Below are positions 1-10,238 of a DNA stretch of 64,000 bases, one piece after another (position 1 is the first letter of the stretch; every line of letters starts with the position of its first letter). The translations under genes were made by a program, and so were the position numbers. The stretch comes from an uncultured Rickettsiales bacterium. Lineage in GTDB: Bacteria > Pseudomonadota > Alphaproteobacteria > Rickettsiales > CANDYO01. The notes beneath the pieces are model-generated. The model was not told the origin of the DNA, made no database searches, and saw nothing but the letters and a program-made list of their open reading frames with translations. The stretch is taken from contig CAZJZY010000004.1 of the NCBI GenBank assembly GCA_964550685.1, positions 29,644 through 93,643 on the forward strand. Direction: 5' to 3'.

Positions 1-1
1 G

Positions 2-106
2 GTAGCGCATAAAGCTAAACAGAAGAGAGTTGATGTGGCATTATCAAACTCATTTGGTTTTGGTGGCACTAATGCTTCCTTAATCTTTAAGCGCTATGAA
101 AAATAG
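2..106 (+). CDS. fabF: beta-ketoacyl-ACP synthase II, C-terminal end only (5' part outside window)
   Basis: Frame 2 reads VAHKAKQKRVDVALSNSFGFGGTNASLIFKRYEK*. SNSFGFGGTNASL is the conserved C-terminal block of KAS I/II enzymes. The stop at 104-106 overlaps the next ATG at 96. Confidence 0.7.
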   Translation, partial: VAHKAKQKRVDVALSNSFGFGGTNASLIFKRYEK

Positions 107-1076
107 ATTACTACTAGTTCTAGTATTTATTCTTGTACTTGGCTCAAGTTTACTATACCTAAATTTGAGTCACTACATAGAATCCCCTAATGATCAAACT
201 CAAACAATTCGTTTAATAATTCCTCGTGGATATTCAGTTAAAAAAATAGCTAAGGAATTAAATAGATATCAAGTTATTACTTATCCTAAGGCTTTTTGGA
301 TGGTTCATAGAGTATTTTTCTCTGATTTTCCTTTGCAAGCAGGTGAATATGAAATCCCTCCCCATAGCTCTGTTCAAAGTATTATAAAAATGATGCATGA
401 AGGAAAAGTTGTTGTACATAAATTAACTCTGCCTGAAGGAATCACAACTCAAGAAATATTAGATAAAGTAAGAAATGAATCTATGTTGCTTGGTGAGGTA
501 ACAAAAGAATTTAATGAAGGTGATTTCCTGGCTGATACTTATCATTATACTTATGGTGAAACAAAAATGATGCTGCTTAATCGTATGTATCAGAAAAGCC
601 AAGATATCATTAATGACTTATGGTATAAGCGGGCACCTAATCTACCTTTAGCAAATAAACAAGAGGCAGTAATTTTAGCTTCAATTATTGAAAAAGAAAC
701 AGGGATTGCAGCAGAGCGCCCTAGAATAGCTGGCGTTTTTGTTAATCGTTTACGTAAAAAAATGAAATTACAGGCAGATCCAACGGTTATTTATGCGATT
801 ACCCAAGGACAATATGTATTTAATCGTAGTATCACGGCTAGTGATCTAAAAATAAAATCACTTTATAATACTTATTTATATCCAGGTCTTCCTCCAACGG
901 CAATAGGAAATCCTGGTGTAGAAGCTTTGGAAGCTGCTCTTAATCCTTTAGAGACAAAAGAAATATATTTTGTTGCTGATGGGAAAGGTGGACATAATTT
1001 TTCTACTACTCTTGTAGATCATAATCAGCATGTTAGTAACTATCGTAAAGAAAAGGCAAATAAGAATGCTCAATGA
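96..1076 (+). CDS. mltG: endolytic murein transglycosylase MltG (YceG family)
   Basis: 326 aa with an N-terminal TM helix. YceG-like blocks are LASIIEKET, GVFVNRLRKKMKLQADPTVIY and YNTYLYPGLPPTAIGNPG. Confidence 0.9.
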   Translation: MKNRLLLVLVFILVLGSSLLYLNLSHYIESPNDQTQTIRLIIPRGYSVKKIAKELNRYQVITYPKAFWMVHRVFFSDFPLQAGEYEIPPHSSVQSIIKMMHEGKVVVHKLTLPEGITTQEILDKVRNESMLLGEVTKEFNEGDFLADTYHYTYGETKMMLLNRMYQKSQDIINDLWYKRAPNLPLANKQEAVILASIIEKETGIAAERPRIAGVFVNRLRKKMKLQADPTVIYAITQGQYVFNRSITASDLKIKSLYNTYLYPGLPPTAIGNPGVEALEAALNPLETKEIYFVADGKGGHNFSTTLVDHNQHVSNYRKEKANKNAQ

Positions 1077-1650
1077 AGTTTTAGTTTTAATTATAGCCTA
1101 CCTAATTGGCTCTATTCCATTCGGTTTGGTAATTAGTTTTTGTGCTGGTTATGGAGATATTCGTAATATTGGTTCTGGTAATATTGGCACTACTAATGTG
1201 TTGCGCACAGGAAACAAATTACTAGCCTTATTAACCTTGATAGCAGATAGTGGAAAAATAATATTATCCATCTTGCTTGCTAAGAACCTAGGCTTTAATA
1301 TGGATTATTTAGTTGGTAGCGCTAGTTTTTTAGGGCATCTATTTCCTATCTGGTTAAAATTTAAAGGTGGCAAAGGTGTAGCTAGTTTTTTAGGTCTTAG
1401 TCTATATTTATTTCCTAAAGTGGCATTAGTTTTATTGATAACTTGGGTTATTACATTTTTTATGTCTCGTTATTCTTCTTTAGCAGCCATTATGGCGGCC
1501 ATTTCTGGAATTATTTCTTTAAGCATAACCATGCCTTTGAATAGTAATCTATTTTTAATGCTAATACTTATTCTGCTAATTCTAATTAAGCATAAAGATA
1601 ATATTATTCGGCTAATTAATGGCAAGGAATCAAAATTTTCTAAGAGTTAA
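1066..1650 (+). CDS. plsY: glycerol-3-phosphate acyltransferase PlsY
   Basis: The ATG at 1066 gives MLNEVLVLIIAYLIGSIPFG. Motifs GSGNIGTTNVLR and KFKGGKGVA are present, and the protein is polytopic. The ORF-track start at 1030 is probably too far upstream. Confidence 0.9.
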   Translation: MLNEVLVLIIAYLIGSIPFGLVISFCAGYGDIRNIGSGNIGTTNVLRTGNKLLALLTLIADSGKIILSILLAKNLGFNMDYLVGSASFLGHLFPIWLKFKGGKGVASFLGLSLYLFPKVALVLLITWVITFFMSRYSSLAAIMAAISGIISLSITMPLNSNLFLMLILILLILIKHKDNIIRLINGKESKFSKS

Positions 1651-2154
1651 ATGTCTAAGTCAATTATAGTTTTTGGAAGCTCAAGAAGCAATGGCAGAAC
1701 TTTAGAAGCTATAAAGATGATTACTGATGATGCCCTAATTGTGGATCTTAATACTCTCAAAATTTCTCCTTATGACTATGAGCATCGTAACATAGACGAT
1801 GATTATCTTCCTTTAATGAAGAAGGTGGTTGAGCATGATCTAATTATTCTTGCCACTCCAGTTTATTGGTATAGCATGAGCGCGCAGATGAAAACATTTA
1901 TTGATAGATTGAATGATTTATTAGAAGTGGGAAAAGATATAGGAAGAAAACTTCGTGGTAAGAGACTTTTTGTAATAGCAAGTTTAGGAACCTCAATGCC
2001 AAAAGGTTTTGAAGAGCCATTTTTTTAAACCTGTGAGTATTTAGGAATGAAATATAACGGCTGTAGCTACATATATAATGGGAAGGATCTAGATTTACTT
2101 GAGGGTAATCAGAAAGAAATAGATAAACTGAAATTTATATTAAAGAGCATCTGA
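1651..2154 (+). pseudogene. flavodoxin-like / NAD(P)H-dependent FMN reductase family gene interrupted by an in-frame TAA
   Basis: The 125-aa ORF has IIVFGSSRSNGRT and LIILATPVYWYSMSAQMKTFIDRL. It ends at TAA 2026-2028. The same frame continues TCEYLGMKYNGCSYIYNGKDLDLLEGNQKEIDKLKFILKSI* to 2154, giving 167 coding codons besides the internal TAA. Confidence 0.6.
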
Positions 2155-2160
2155 TATATG

Positions 2161-2706
2161 TTAAATTTTTTCTAGTAAGGTGCATTTTGAGTTACCATAA
2201 ATTCTTGTGCTAAGTTCTTGGTAATGTTCTGGTGAAAATATTAAATCTTCTGTTCTTGCTTGCTCTACAACAATAATGGCTCCTATTGCTAACCAGTTTT
2301 TATTACTAAGAGAAGTAAGAGCTTGACCAGCTAGCTTTTTGAAATATGGTGGGTCAATAAATACCAAATTGAATTGGTCTTTTGCTTTAGGAAGATCTTC
2401 AACTTTGGCTCTAAGAAGAATAGCTTTTTCTTCTTCTTTTAAAGAGCAAATATTTGACCAGGCTAATTTTAGATGTTCAGAGCTGCCATCAATAAAGATC
2501 ACTTGAGAGGCACCTCTAGATAGAGCCTCAATTCCTAAGGCCCCAGTGCCACAACATAGGTCTATAACTCTTGCATCTTGCAGAGCATTCATACTGGTAA
2601 GTATATTGAAAATAGATTCACGCATTTTAGCTGAAGTAGGGCGAATACCTTTGTCTTTAGGGGATAGAAGATTGCGCCCACGATGTTTTCCTGCAATAAT
2701 TCTCAT
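2161..2706 (-). CDS. rsmD: 16S rRNA (guanine966-N2)-methyltransferase RsmD
   Basis: 181 aa with SAM-binding DLCCGTGALGIEALSRGA and the FIDPPY (DPPY) motif. Confidence 0.85.
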   Translation of the reverse strand: MRIIAGKHRGRNLLSPKDKGIRPTSAKMRESIFNILTSMNALQDARVIDLCCGTGALGIEALSRGASQVIFIDGSSEHLKLAWSNICSLKEEEKAILLRAKVEDLPKAKDQFNLVFIDPPYFKKLAGQALTSLSNKNWLAIGAIIVVEQARTEDLIFSPEHYQELSTRIYGNSKCTLLEKI

Positions 2707-3479
2707 ATTTTTGGTACTTTGCTAAATAAATTGAAGAAATTCTTGGTGGTTTGTTCTTCAACCATTGCATAATCTATTTGCTTTAATTGCGCTATGGTTT
2801 TAGCAATCTCCTTAACAAAAGATGGTTCATTGCGCTTACCTCTATATGGTTCGGGTGCAAGATATGGTGAATCCGTTTCCACCATCAATTTATCTAGAGG
2901 GACAAATTTTACTATATCCTTTAGAGCCAAAGATTTTTTAAAAGTAACTATCCCAGAAATAGAAATATATAGCCCCAGATCTAAACATTTTCTAGCAAAA
3001 TTTAAACTATCCGAACTAAAGCAATGAATTAGACCTGTAAACTTACCTTTATGTGATTCTAGCATTTCAATAGTTAAGTCATCGGCATCACGGGTATGTA
3101 TTATAAGCGGTAAACCACTTAAATGCGACACTTCTATATGTCTGTTAAAGTATTCTTTTTGTTTTTCAATTGCGCTATGCTCATAATATAAATCTAGTCC
3201 AGTCTCACCAATCCCTATAACTTTATGGTGTTTAGTATATTCTAATAAATCTTTAACAGAAGTTTCTGGATGCGCATCCACTTCATGAGGATGAATTCCA
3301 ATAGAAGCATAAATCTGTGGATAGCTTTCTATTAGTTTCTTGAGTCTAGGAAAATCTGTTACTTTGGTAGAAATAGTTTGCATTAACCCAATATCATTAT
3401 TTTTTGCTCTATCTAGAATATCATCGAAGTCTTCTTGGAATACGTCATAGTCTAAATGACAATGTGAATCAACTAGCAT
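2703..3479 (-). CDS. tatD: TatD-family metal-dependent hydrolase/DNase
   Basis: 258 aa. It starts MLVDSHCHLD and contains IGETGLDLYY, IIHTRDA and ETDSPYL blocks. Confidence 0.9.
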   Translation of the reverse strand: MLVDSHCHLDYDVFQEDFDDILDRAKNNDIGLMQTISTKVTDFPRLKKLIESYPQIYASIGIHPHEVDAHPETSVKDLLEYTKHHKVIGIGETGLDLYYEHSAIEKQKEYFNRHIEVSHLSGLPLIIHTRDADDLTIEMLESHKGKFTGLIHCFSSDSLNFARKCLDLGLYISISGIVTFKKSLALKDIVKFVPLDKLMVETDSPYLAPEPYRGKRNEPSFVKEIAKTIAQLKQIDYAMVEEQTTKNFFNLFSKVPKI

Positions 3480-3482
3480 TTT

Positions 3483-4229
3483 TTATATCCTTATTCTGGT
3501 TATTGAGCTGCTAAGAGGTACAATAAAGCCAATTAATAGCCATTGTAGTTGAGATAAATATGTAGGTAAACCAGATAAAATTTGTAATTGGAAGATGCTC
3601 TTAATGCTAATTATAGCAAGAAGGCAAAATAAACTAGTTAAAGTTTTCTCGGTTATGGTTTTTAACTCAATATCTTGCTTAAATATTTTTGTAGAAATAA
3701 TAAATCCTAATAAAGCATAATATGCCAGCCATAAATGAGGCAATATTGATTCACAGTAAAAAAATATCGATAGCATCAAGTATGTTGCTAAAGATAAATT
3801 GATGTATGGCATCTTGCTTGTCATTTTATTTAAAGTAAAAGAATATCCGGCTAATAAAATAATAGCAAAAAATACTCCTCCTAATACGTCATAATAGTCA
3901 TGATATCCGAGATATACTAAGCTGAATCCTATGCCGATCAGTAATATTGTGGTTAATATTCTAAGGAAATAATTTCTAGATGTATATGCTAACCAGCCAT
4001 ACAGTACCACCGAAGCTTGCATATGGCCGCTAGGAAAAGCTAAGCCATACATAGATTGTTTTTGAAAGATCAATTTTAGAATAAAGCTTAGTAAAATGCT
4101 AAGCAAAACTAAGCAAATAGCATGATAAAAAACATTTCTATTTGACCAAATAAATCCTCCTATAATTATAGGTATAATCATTGTATCGTGACTAAATATA
4201 AGGAAAAATTTTGTAAAGATATCTAGCAT
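3483..4229 (-). CDS. PAP2-family membrane phosphatase
   Basis: 248 aa, polytopic. Acid-phosphatase motifs FPSGHMQAS and GYHDYYDVLGG are present. Confidence 0.7.
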   Translation of the reverse strand: MLDIFTKFFLIFSHDTMIIPIIIGGFIWSNRNVFYHAICLVLLSILLSFILKLIFQKQSMYGLAFPSGHMQASVVLYGWLAYTSRNYFLRILTTILLIGIGFSLVYLGYHDYYDVLGGVFFAIILLAGYSFTLNKMTSKMPYINLSLATYLMLSIFFYCESILPHLWLAYYALLGFIISTKIFKQDIELKTITEKTLTSLFCLLAIISIKSIFQLQILSGLPTYLSQLQWLLIGFIVPLSSSITRIRI

Positions 4230-4326
4230 AAATTCTTAACCTATAGTTCATTTTAGATACTTTAGCTGTAAATTTACAGCAATTCAATATAATATAAAAT
4301 AGTTATGAATCTATGGTTAAAATAAA

Positions 4327-5046
4327 ATGAAGCTAACTGAGCTTGGTATCAACCAAGTGTTATTATTAGAAAACTTCCAATTCAAAAATCCTTATAATAA
4401 TATTGATTATTTGAATCAACAAGCCATATTAGCTGATGATCTTAATGAGAAATTATCACTGTTAATTTTGGCGACTGAGAAAGTAGAAAAATTTCATAGC
4501 TTTTTTCATTTTGAGCAATCATATTTCCATTTACAGTTATCTATTCACTTAATAAAAGAGAATAAAATAGATCAAGCTAAGCAACAGTTAGAATTAGCAA
4601 TTTTTCAAGATCATGTCAATGAACAGGCCATAGCCTTATTAAATGGTAATAAAAATTTCCCTAGTATTTATAAAAGGCAATATACTGAATTTATGGATTA
4701 TCTATATTTTGCAACTGAAGAAAAAGGAAATTCTACTAGCATAAATAGTTATTGGGATGACTATCTAGAGTATCAGCTCAATCCTCAACTTAAGATTCTA
4801 GAAGAGATAATTGAAAAAATTCGTTATTATCATTTGGGATATCACCAAGAATCAGCAAAATTATATCTTAACAGGGCTTTTATTTTTTATAAGCTTGGGC
4901 AAGTTGATTTATTTAAAAATGATTTAGTTAAGGCAAATAATTTGGATTGTAATCTAAAAGATAAGTCTTATTACAAAAATATGGTGGAGATGAGCGGAGT
5001 CGAACCGCTGACATCATGCGTGCAAGGCAAGTGCTCTACCAACTGA
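4327..5046 (+). CDS. hypothetical protein with a TPR-like C-terminal helical repeat; 3' end runs antisense into tRNA-Ala
   Basis: 239-aa ORF. AKLYLNRAFIFYKLGQVDLFKNDLVKANNLD looks TPR-like. The last 21 codons (MVEMSGVEPLTSCVQGKCSTN) are the reverse complement of the tRNA gene, so the true 3' end is uncertain. Confidence 0.45.
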   Translation: MKLTELGINQVLLLENFQFKNPYNNIDYLNQQAILADDLNEKLSLLILATEKVEKFHSFFHFEQSYFHLQLSIHLIKENKIDQAKQQLELAIFQDHVNEQAIALLNGNKNFPSIYKRQYTEFMDYLYFATEEKGNSTSINSYWDDYLEYQLNPQLKILEEIIEKIRYYHLGYHQESAKLYLNRAFIFYKLGQVDLFKNDLVKANNLDCNLKDKSYYKNMVEMSGVEPLTSCVQGKCSTN

Positions 5047-5057
5047 GCTACATCCCC
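4982..5057 (-). tRNA. tRNA-Ala (anticodon UGC), CCA encoded
   Basis: The reverse complement is GGGGATGTAGCTCAGTTGGTAGAGCACTTGCCTTGCACGCATGATGTCAGCGGTTCGACTCCGCTCATCTCCACCA (76 nt). It folds as a cloverleaf with a G3:U70 identity pair, anticodon loop CTTGCAC and T-loop GGTTCGACTCC. Confidence 0.95.
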
Positions 5058-5141
5058 ATATTTAACTAAAAGTCATGATTATTTATACATTATTTTATTA
5101 TCTGGTCAATATAAAATATGCATAATTCTATAATTTTATAG

Positions 5142-6926
5142 CTATTTTATCTTTCGGTGCTGAATATTCAGTTCTCTTAATTGTTTTTCATCTACGGCTG
5201 TCGGTGCATTCATTAATAAATCTTGTGCTTGTTGATTCATTGGGAAAGCAATAACTTCGCGGATGTTCTTTTCATCAGCAAGTAACATAACGATTCTATC
5301 AATACCAGGGGCGACCCCACCATGAGGAGGCGCGCCATATTTAAACGCGGTTATTAAACTGCGGAAACGGTCATCAACCACTTCTTTACCATAACCAACT
5401 ATTTCAAATGCTTTATACATAAGTTCAGGTTTATGGTTACGAATGGCTCCACTAGAAAGCTCAATTCCATTGCAAACAATATCATATTGAAATGCTTTTA
5501 TTGCTAATAACTCTTCTTTTGTTTTGGAGCTATTGAGTGCTTCTATCCCACCTTGTGGCATGGAGAATGGATTATGGCTAAAGTCTATTTTATTTTCATC
5601 TTCGTTCCATTCGTAAAATGGAAAGTCTACGATCCAACAGAATTCAAATTTATTATGATCAATTAAATTTAGTTCTTCACCAAGTTTTATTCTTACTTGT
5701 CCTGCAAGTTTTACGGCTTTATTCTCTAAATCAGAGGCGAAGAATACAGAATCACCATCCTTAATTTGAGCAAGTTTTTTTAATTCACTAAGTTGAACTT
5801 TATTTAAGAATTTTGCTATTGGTCCCTTAGCTGTTCCATCATTTGTGAAGCTTATATATCCTAGACCTGCTGCGCCATTTTCTTGAGCGAAGGCAATCAT
5901 TTTATCAAAGAAGCTGCGCGGTTGTTCTGAAGTTTTTGGTGCTGGAATTGCTCTAACTATCGCACCTTTTTTAATGTTCTCACGGAAAATAGTGAATTCT
6001 GAATCGCGGAATATTTCTGTTACATCACTTATAATTAAAGGGTTACGAAGATCTGGTTTATCATTACCATATTTCATCATTGAATCATGATAAGTTATGT
6101 GAGGAAATGGCGATGCTGTAACTTCCTTGCTTGAAAATTCAGTGAATATTGAGTGCATAACTGGTTCTACAGCTGCAAATACATCATCTTGAGTTACGAA
6201 AGACATTTCAATATCTAGCTGATAAAATTCACCAGGTGAACGATCTGCTCTGGCATCTTCATCACGAAAACATGGGGCTATTTGGAAATAACGATCAAAT
6301 CCAGAAGTCATTAGCAATTGTTTAAATTGTTGTGGTGCTTGTGGAAGCGCATAAAATTTTCCAGGATGCATCCTGCTGGGTACCAGAAAATCCCTTGCTC
6401 CTTCTGGAGAGCTTGCTGTTAAAATTGGAGTTTGGAATTCCATAAATCCTTGAGCTGTCATTTTTTCTCTGATCGCTGAGATAATTTTCGATCTTAACAC
6501 TATGTTGTTATGTAATTTTTCTCTACGTAAATCAAGAAAGCGATAACGCAAACGAGTATCTTCAGGAAAGTCTTTATCTGTATTTACTTGAATGGGTAAC
6601 ATATCTGAATCGGATTCTAAATGGAAAGTTTTTATTTTAACTTCAATATCACCGGTTGGTAATTGATTGTTTCGAGCTTCTTCAGCTCTTGCGGTTACAA
6701 TACCAGTGATTGTGATCACAGACTCATAATGTAAGTGAGCAATTTGATGTGTAAGAGATTCGTCAGCGTCAATTAAGCATTGAGTTAAGCCATAATGGTC
6801 TCTAAGATCAATGAAGGCAAGCCCGCCATGGTCGCGACGACGATGAACCCAGCCTGACAATTTCACTTCTTGCCCAACGTGAGAAAGATTTAGTTCTCCA
6901 CAATTATGAGTGCGATATTTATGCAT
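5142..6926 (-). CDS. aspS: aspartate--tRNA ligase
   Basis: 594 aa. Class IIb motifs are [19 protein letters not shown] and [14 protein letters not shown], with an N-terminal OB-fold region. Confidence 0.95.
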   Translation of the reverse strand: MHKYRTHNCGELNLSHVGQEVKLSGWVHRRRDHGGLAFIDLRDHYGLTQCLIDADESLTHQIAHLHYESVITITGIVTARAEEARNNQLPTGDIEVKIKTFHLESDSDMLPIQVNTDKDFPEDTRLRYRFLDLRREKLHNNIVLRSKIISAIREKMTAQGFMEFQTPILTASSPEGARDFLVPSRMHPGKFYALPQAPQQFKQLLMTSGFDRYFQIAPCFRDEDARADRSPGEFYQLDIEMSFVTQDDVFAAVEPVMHSIFTEFSSKEVTASPFPHITYHDSMMKYGNDKPDLRNPLIISDVTEIFRDSEFTIFRENIKKGAIVRAIPAPKTSEQPRSFFDKMIAFAQENGAAGLGYISFTNDGTAKGPIAKFLNKVQLSELKKLAQIKDGDSVFFASDLENKAVKLAGQVRIKLGEELNLIDHNKFEFCWIVDFPFYEWNEDENKIDFSHNPFSMPQGGIEALNSSKTKEELLAIKAFQYDIVCNGIELSSGAIRNHKPELMYKAFEIVGYGKEVVDDRFRSLITAFKYGAPPHGGVAPGIDRIVMLLADEKNIREVIAFPMNQQAQDLLMNAPTAVDEKQLRELNIQHRKIK

Positions 6927-7005
6927 TTTTTATCTCGTGATATATAGTCTTAAAGAGAAGCATTTAACTAGATTATCACCAATTTTGCAAGAATTAAATT
7001 CTCTT

Positions 7006-8700
7006 TTAAGATTTAACGCTATGTTGCTTGTTGATCATATATTGCTGCATAATGGATAATATATTTGAAAAAGACCAATAAATCATTAAGCCAGAAGGTA
7101 ATGAGTATAGCATAACCATCAGCACCAGAGGCATAAATTTCATCACTCCAGCTTGTACTGGGTCAGCAGGCTTAGGGCTTAAAGATTGTTGAATGAACAT
7201 GGTAAGTCCCATAATTACTGGCCATAAACCAATATCCAGCATTCCAAATGATGACCATGGCATGATGCCAAATAAATTCCATATAGAAGTTGGGTCCTGG
7301 GCAGAAAGATCTTTTATCCATCCATAAAATGGAGCATGACGCATTTCAATAGAGATAAATATCACCTTATACAAAGAGAAGAATAAAGGGATTTGTATTA
7401 ATAATGGCAAGCAACCAGAAGCAGGGTTAACCTTCTCTTTTTTGTATAAATTCATCATTTCTTGATTGAATTTTACCTTGTCATCGGAGTACTGTTGCTT
7501 TATGGCTTCGATTTTAGGTTGTAACTCCTTCATTTTAGCCATAGATCTAAAGGATTTGCTAGCAAGTGGGTATAATAATAACTTTAAGCATAAAGTAACT
7601 CCAATAATTGCCAATCCAAAATTTCCAAATATTGAATATAAGTAACTAATTATCCAGAATAACGGTTTTGTTATAAAGTAAAAAATACCAAAATCTATAG
7701 CTCGATCGAATAATACAAAATTATTATTTTTTTCATATGCGTCAAGTATTTTTTCTTCTTTTGCGCCGGCGAATAAGTGGTTAATGCTGCTGGATCTTTC
7801 TCCCGGATTTAAACTGAAATCATGAGATATGTAGTTTACATTATAGCTGTCGCTTATATTATTGCTAGATGGGCTGGCTATAAAATTAGTTTTTGAAGGA
7901 ATGCTAGAATCTGGCATTAAAGCTGAAAGCCAATATTTTTGAGTAATTCCAGCCCAGCTCCCCGGAGTGTTATTAAATATTTCTTGACGACTTTTGCTTA
8001 AATCTTCATAAGTAGATTCTTTTAAAACTTTAGAAAAAACTCCTATTGCGCCTTCATGAAGTATTGCAAATTGTTTTGGTTCTGATTCGGATTTATAAAT
8101 TCTTCCATAATTAGATAAGCTAATTGCAGTTTTACCATTATTTTCAACGGCCTGATTAATGGTAAATAAATAATTCTGATCTACTGAGATAGTGATAAAA
8201 TAATTTACTAAATTACTATTTTGCCAATGGCATTTTACTGGTTGTTCTTCAGTTAATAAAGCATTATCACATTGCCAGACGCTATTTTTATCTGGAACTG
8301 TCAAATTTGAGTTCTGGCTATCTATCCAGCCAAATTCAGCAAAATAAGTTTGATTAGCAAATAGCTGAACTAATGGGCTATTATTATTCAAGGTTTCTCG
8401 ATAAGAAGTTAATTGCAGGTCGTCAAAGCGCAAGCCTCTTAAAGAAATAGATCCTTTAAGTTTAGCTGTATCGATAGTGATTTTGCCTATCGCATTATCG
8501 CTTGGGCTGGACTCGGATGCAAAGGCTTGTTTTGATTTATCAAGAAGATTTTCTTGATATTCAATTTTAGCTCTTGCTACCATTTCTTGTTTATATTCCA
8601 TTGCTGCTCTGCGTGGATATTCATAGAAATATTGCCACGCAACCAATATAAGCGTAGATAATAATATGCAAATTAGTAGATTCTTTAAGTCTTTACTCAT
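7006..8700 (-). CDS. yidC: membrane protein insertase YidC
   Basis: 564 aa. N-terminal TM, a large periplasmic domain, then the insertase core (LLLYPLASKSFRSMAKMKELQPK, GCLPLLIQIPLFFSLY). Confidence 0.95.
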   Translation of the reverse strand: MSKDLKNLLICILLSTLILVAWQYFYEYPRRAAMEYKQEMVARAKIEYQENLLDKSKQAFASESSPSDNAIGKITIDTAKLKGSISLRGLRFDDLQLTSYRETLNNNSPLVQLFANQTYFAEFGWIDSQNSNLTVPDKNSVWQCDNALLTEEQPVKCHWQNSNLVNYFITISVDQNYLFTINQAVENNGKTAISLSNYGRIYKSESEPKQFAILHEGAIGVFSKVLKESTYEDLSKSRQEIFNNTPGSWAGITQKYWLSALMPDSSIPSKTNFIASPSSNNISDSYNVNYISHDFSLNPGERSSSINHLFAGAKEEKILDAYEKNNNFVLFDRAIDFGIFYFITKPLFWIISYLYSIFGNFGLAIIGVTLCLKLLLYPLASKSFRSMAKMKELQPKIEAIKQQYSDDKVKFNQEMMNLYKKEKVNPASGCLPLLIQIPLFFSLYKVIFISIEMRHAPFYGWIKDLSAQDPTSIWNLFGIMPWSSFGMLDIGLWPVIMGLTMFIQQSLSPKPADPVQAGVMKFMPLVLMVMLYSLPSGLMIYWSFSNILSIMQQYMINKQHSVKS

Positions 8701-8782
8701 TTTCTCTCGGATAATACAATTTTATTATCTACAGGTTTTACAGTAATTTTTATGCAATGTCCAGTTTTAACTAAATTTTACG

Positions 8783-10006
8783 TTACAGTTCTCCATTCTC
8801 TCCTGCTAATGGCATTTGATTTTGATAACTCATTTCATCTTGAGTAAAGTTATGATCAATATCTGCTATAGGGGGCTGATTTTTATGTAGATCCATTGTT
8901 TTAAGATTGGTATCAATATTTGGAGTAGTATTTTTTTCCATGATTGAGTTATAGACATTACTAATTGCAATTCCTGTAGAGTCTTGACATATTCTGGTAG
9001 GTGTACCTAAGGCGTAGGTGTTAATTATTTCAATAAGTAACTGTCCTGAAAAGTCAACTATTGTTGTAGCAACGAAGGCAGTGACTCCTGAAATTAGTGT
9101 AGTGACAGCTCCAGGAATAGAGCCGCTGGATATAGCTGCTGATGATGAAGCTACTCCATACTTAAAAGCTTTAGAATATACGTCGTCTTGAAAATTAAAA
9201 GTGATAGTTCCTGGTGCAAAAAATGCGTTTGCAATGGTGTTATCAATAAAGCTAATAGCATCTTTTACGTGTGCTTCATATTTAGAGTGTCTAGCTAATT
9301 CGCCTAATTGGTCTGAAGTTGTTGTTTTAACTATCGCTTCTCCTACAGCTTCGAATGCCCAAGATATTTTATAGTCTTTGCTTAAGAAATCCAAAAATTC
9401 TTTTTTAGGCATGTCTGGATTTTGTTTTTCAAAAGCTTGTTTTCTTTTGTCAGCTATATGTAAGTATCTGGAAGGGATTTCACAAATATAATTTGCTCCT
9501 CTGGCTGTTAACTGGAATGTTTCTTTTTCTATGTTCGGTGATTCTGAAGGATGTATGAGTTTATATGTAGAATATGCCGTAAGTATTGCTGCCTTACATG
9601 CTACTTTTGTTCTTGAGGCATAAAGGGAGCCTAATTCATATTTAGTTTCGGTGAATCCGATAGTATTATTTTCTGCGACCTGCGCTTCTATGCTTGGAAG
9701 TTTAGATGTATCTCTAAAAATAGCTCCAGCAGTTGGGTTATTGCCAAAAGATGATTTAGCTCTTCCGGCAAAAAAATTAATAGTTGTTTGCGTTAATATG
9801 TTTGTGATAGCTTCTTTATAGTTTGGAAGGCGGCAAACAGAAAAATTAATAGTTGCTTTTATATATGGGTCTATATTTTTTTGTGCAAAGGCTTCGCCTT
9901 CTTCGGCGATATGGCCAATTTGATGTTCAAATTCTAGAAATCCTTGATATGCAATAGATATTGGATATGTAATAAGATTGTAAATGCTGGTTGAATTTTT
10001 TATCAT
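8783..10006 (-). CDS. hypothetical protein (orphan, one predicted hydrophobic helix)
   Basis: A long uninterrupted 407-aa ORF with no motif I recognise. The hydrophobic stretch IPGAVTTLISGVTAFVATTIV lies near aa 300. Confidence 0.55.
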   Translation of the reverse strand: MIKNSTSIYNLITYPISIAYQGFLEFEHQIGHIAEEGEAFAQKNIDPYIKATINFSVCRLPNYKEAITNILTQTTINFFAGRAKSSFGNNPTAGAIFRDTSKLPSIEAQVAENNTIGFTETKYELGSLYASRTKVACKAAILTAYSTYKLIHPSESPNIEKETFQLTARGANYICEIPSRYLHIADKRKQAFEKQNPDMPKKEFLDFLSKDYKISWAFEAVGEAIVKTTTSDQLGELARHSKYEAHVKDAISFIDNTIANAFFAPGTITFNFQDDVYSKAFKYGVASSSAAISSGSIPGAVTTLISGVTAFVATTIVDFSGQLLIEIINTYALGTPTRICQDSTGIAISNVYNSIMEKNTTPNIDTNLKTMDLHKNQPPIADIDHNFTQDEMSYQNQMPLAGENGEL

Positions 10007-10238
10007 GATTAAATCTCAAAAAGGTTAATATTTCGTTGGCAGTACGTTAACATTGCTTCCACTAATTAACAATAACTTTGTTTAAAAATTAAACTATATT
10101 AATGTCTTTGATTTGAAGACGTAAGACGTATATTTAGGTTAACTGTTTATAAAAAATTATCTAATTTCCAGATAATATATTTCAATTTAAATTAAGTTTG
10201 ATATAGTGAATCAGTAATTAATTTTTGGGGATTTGTCA

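Noticed and set aside
4230-5057. An integrated prophage or genomic island at tRNA-Ala.
   Set aside because: No integrase, no phage-like genes and no visible direct repeat of the tRNA 3' end were found. Only a single orphan ORF is present, so it is reported only as a low-interest observation.
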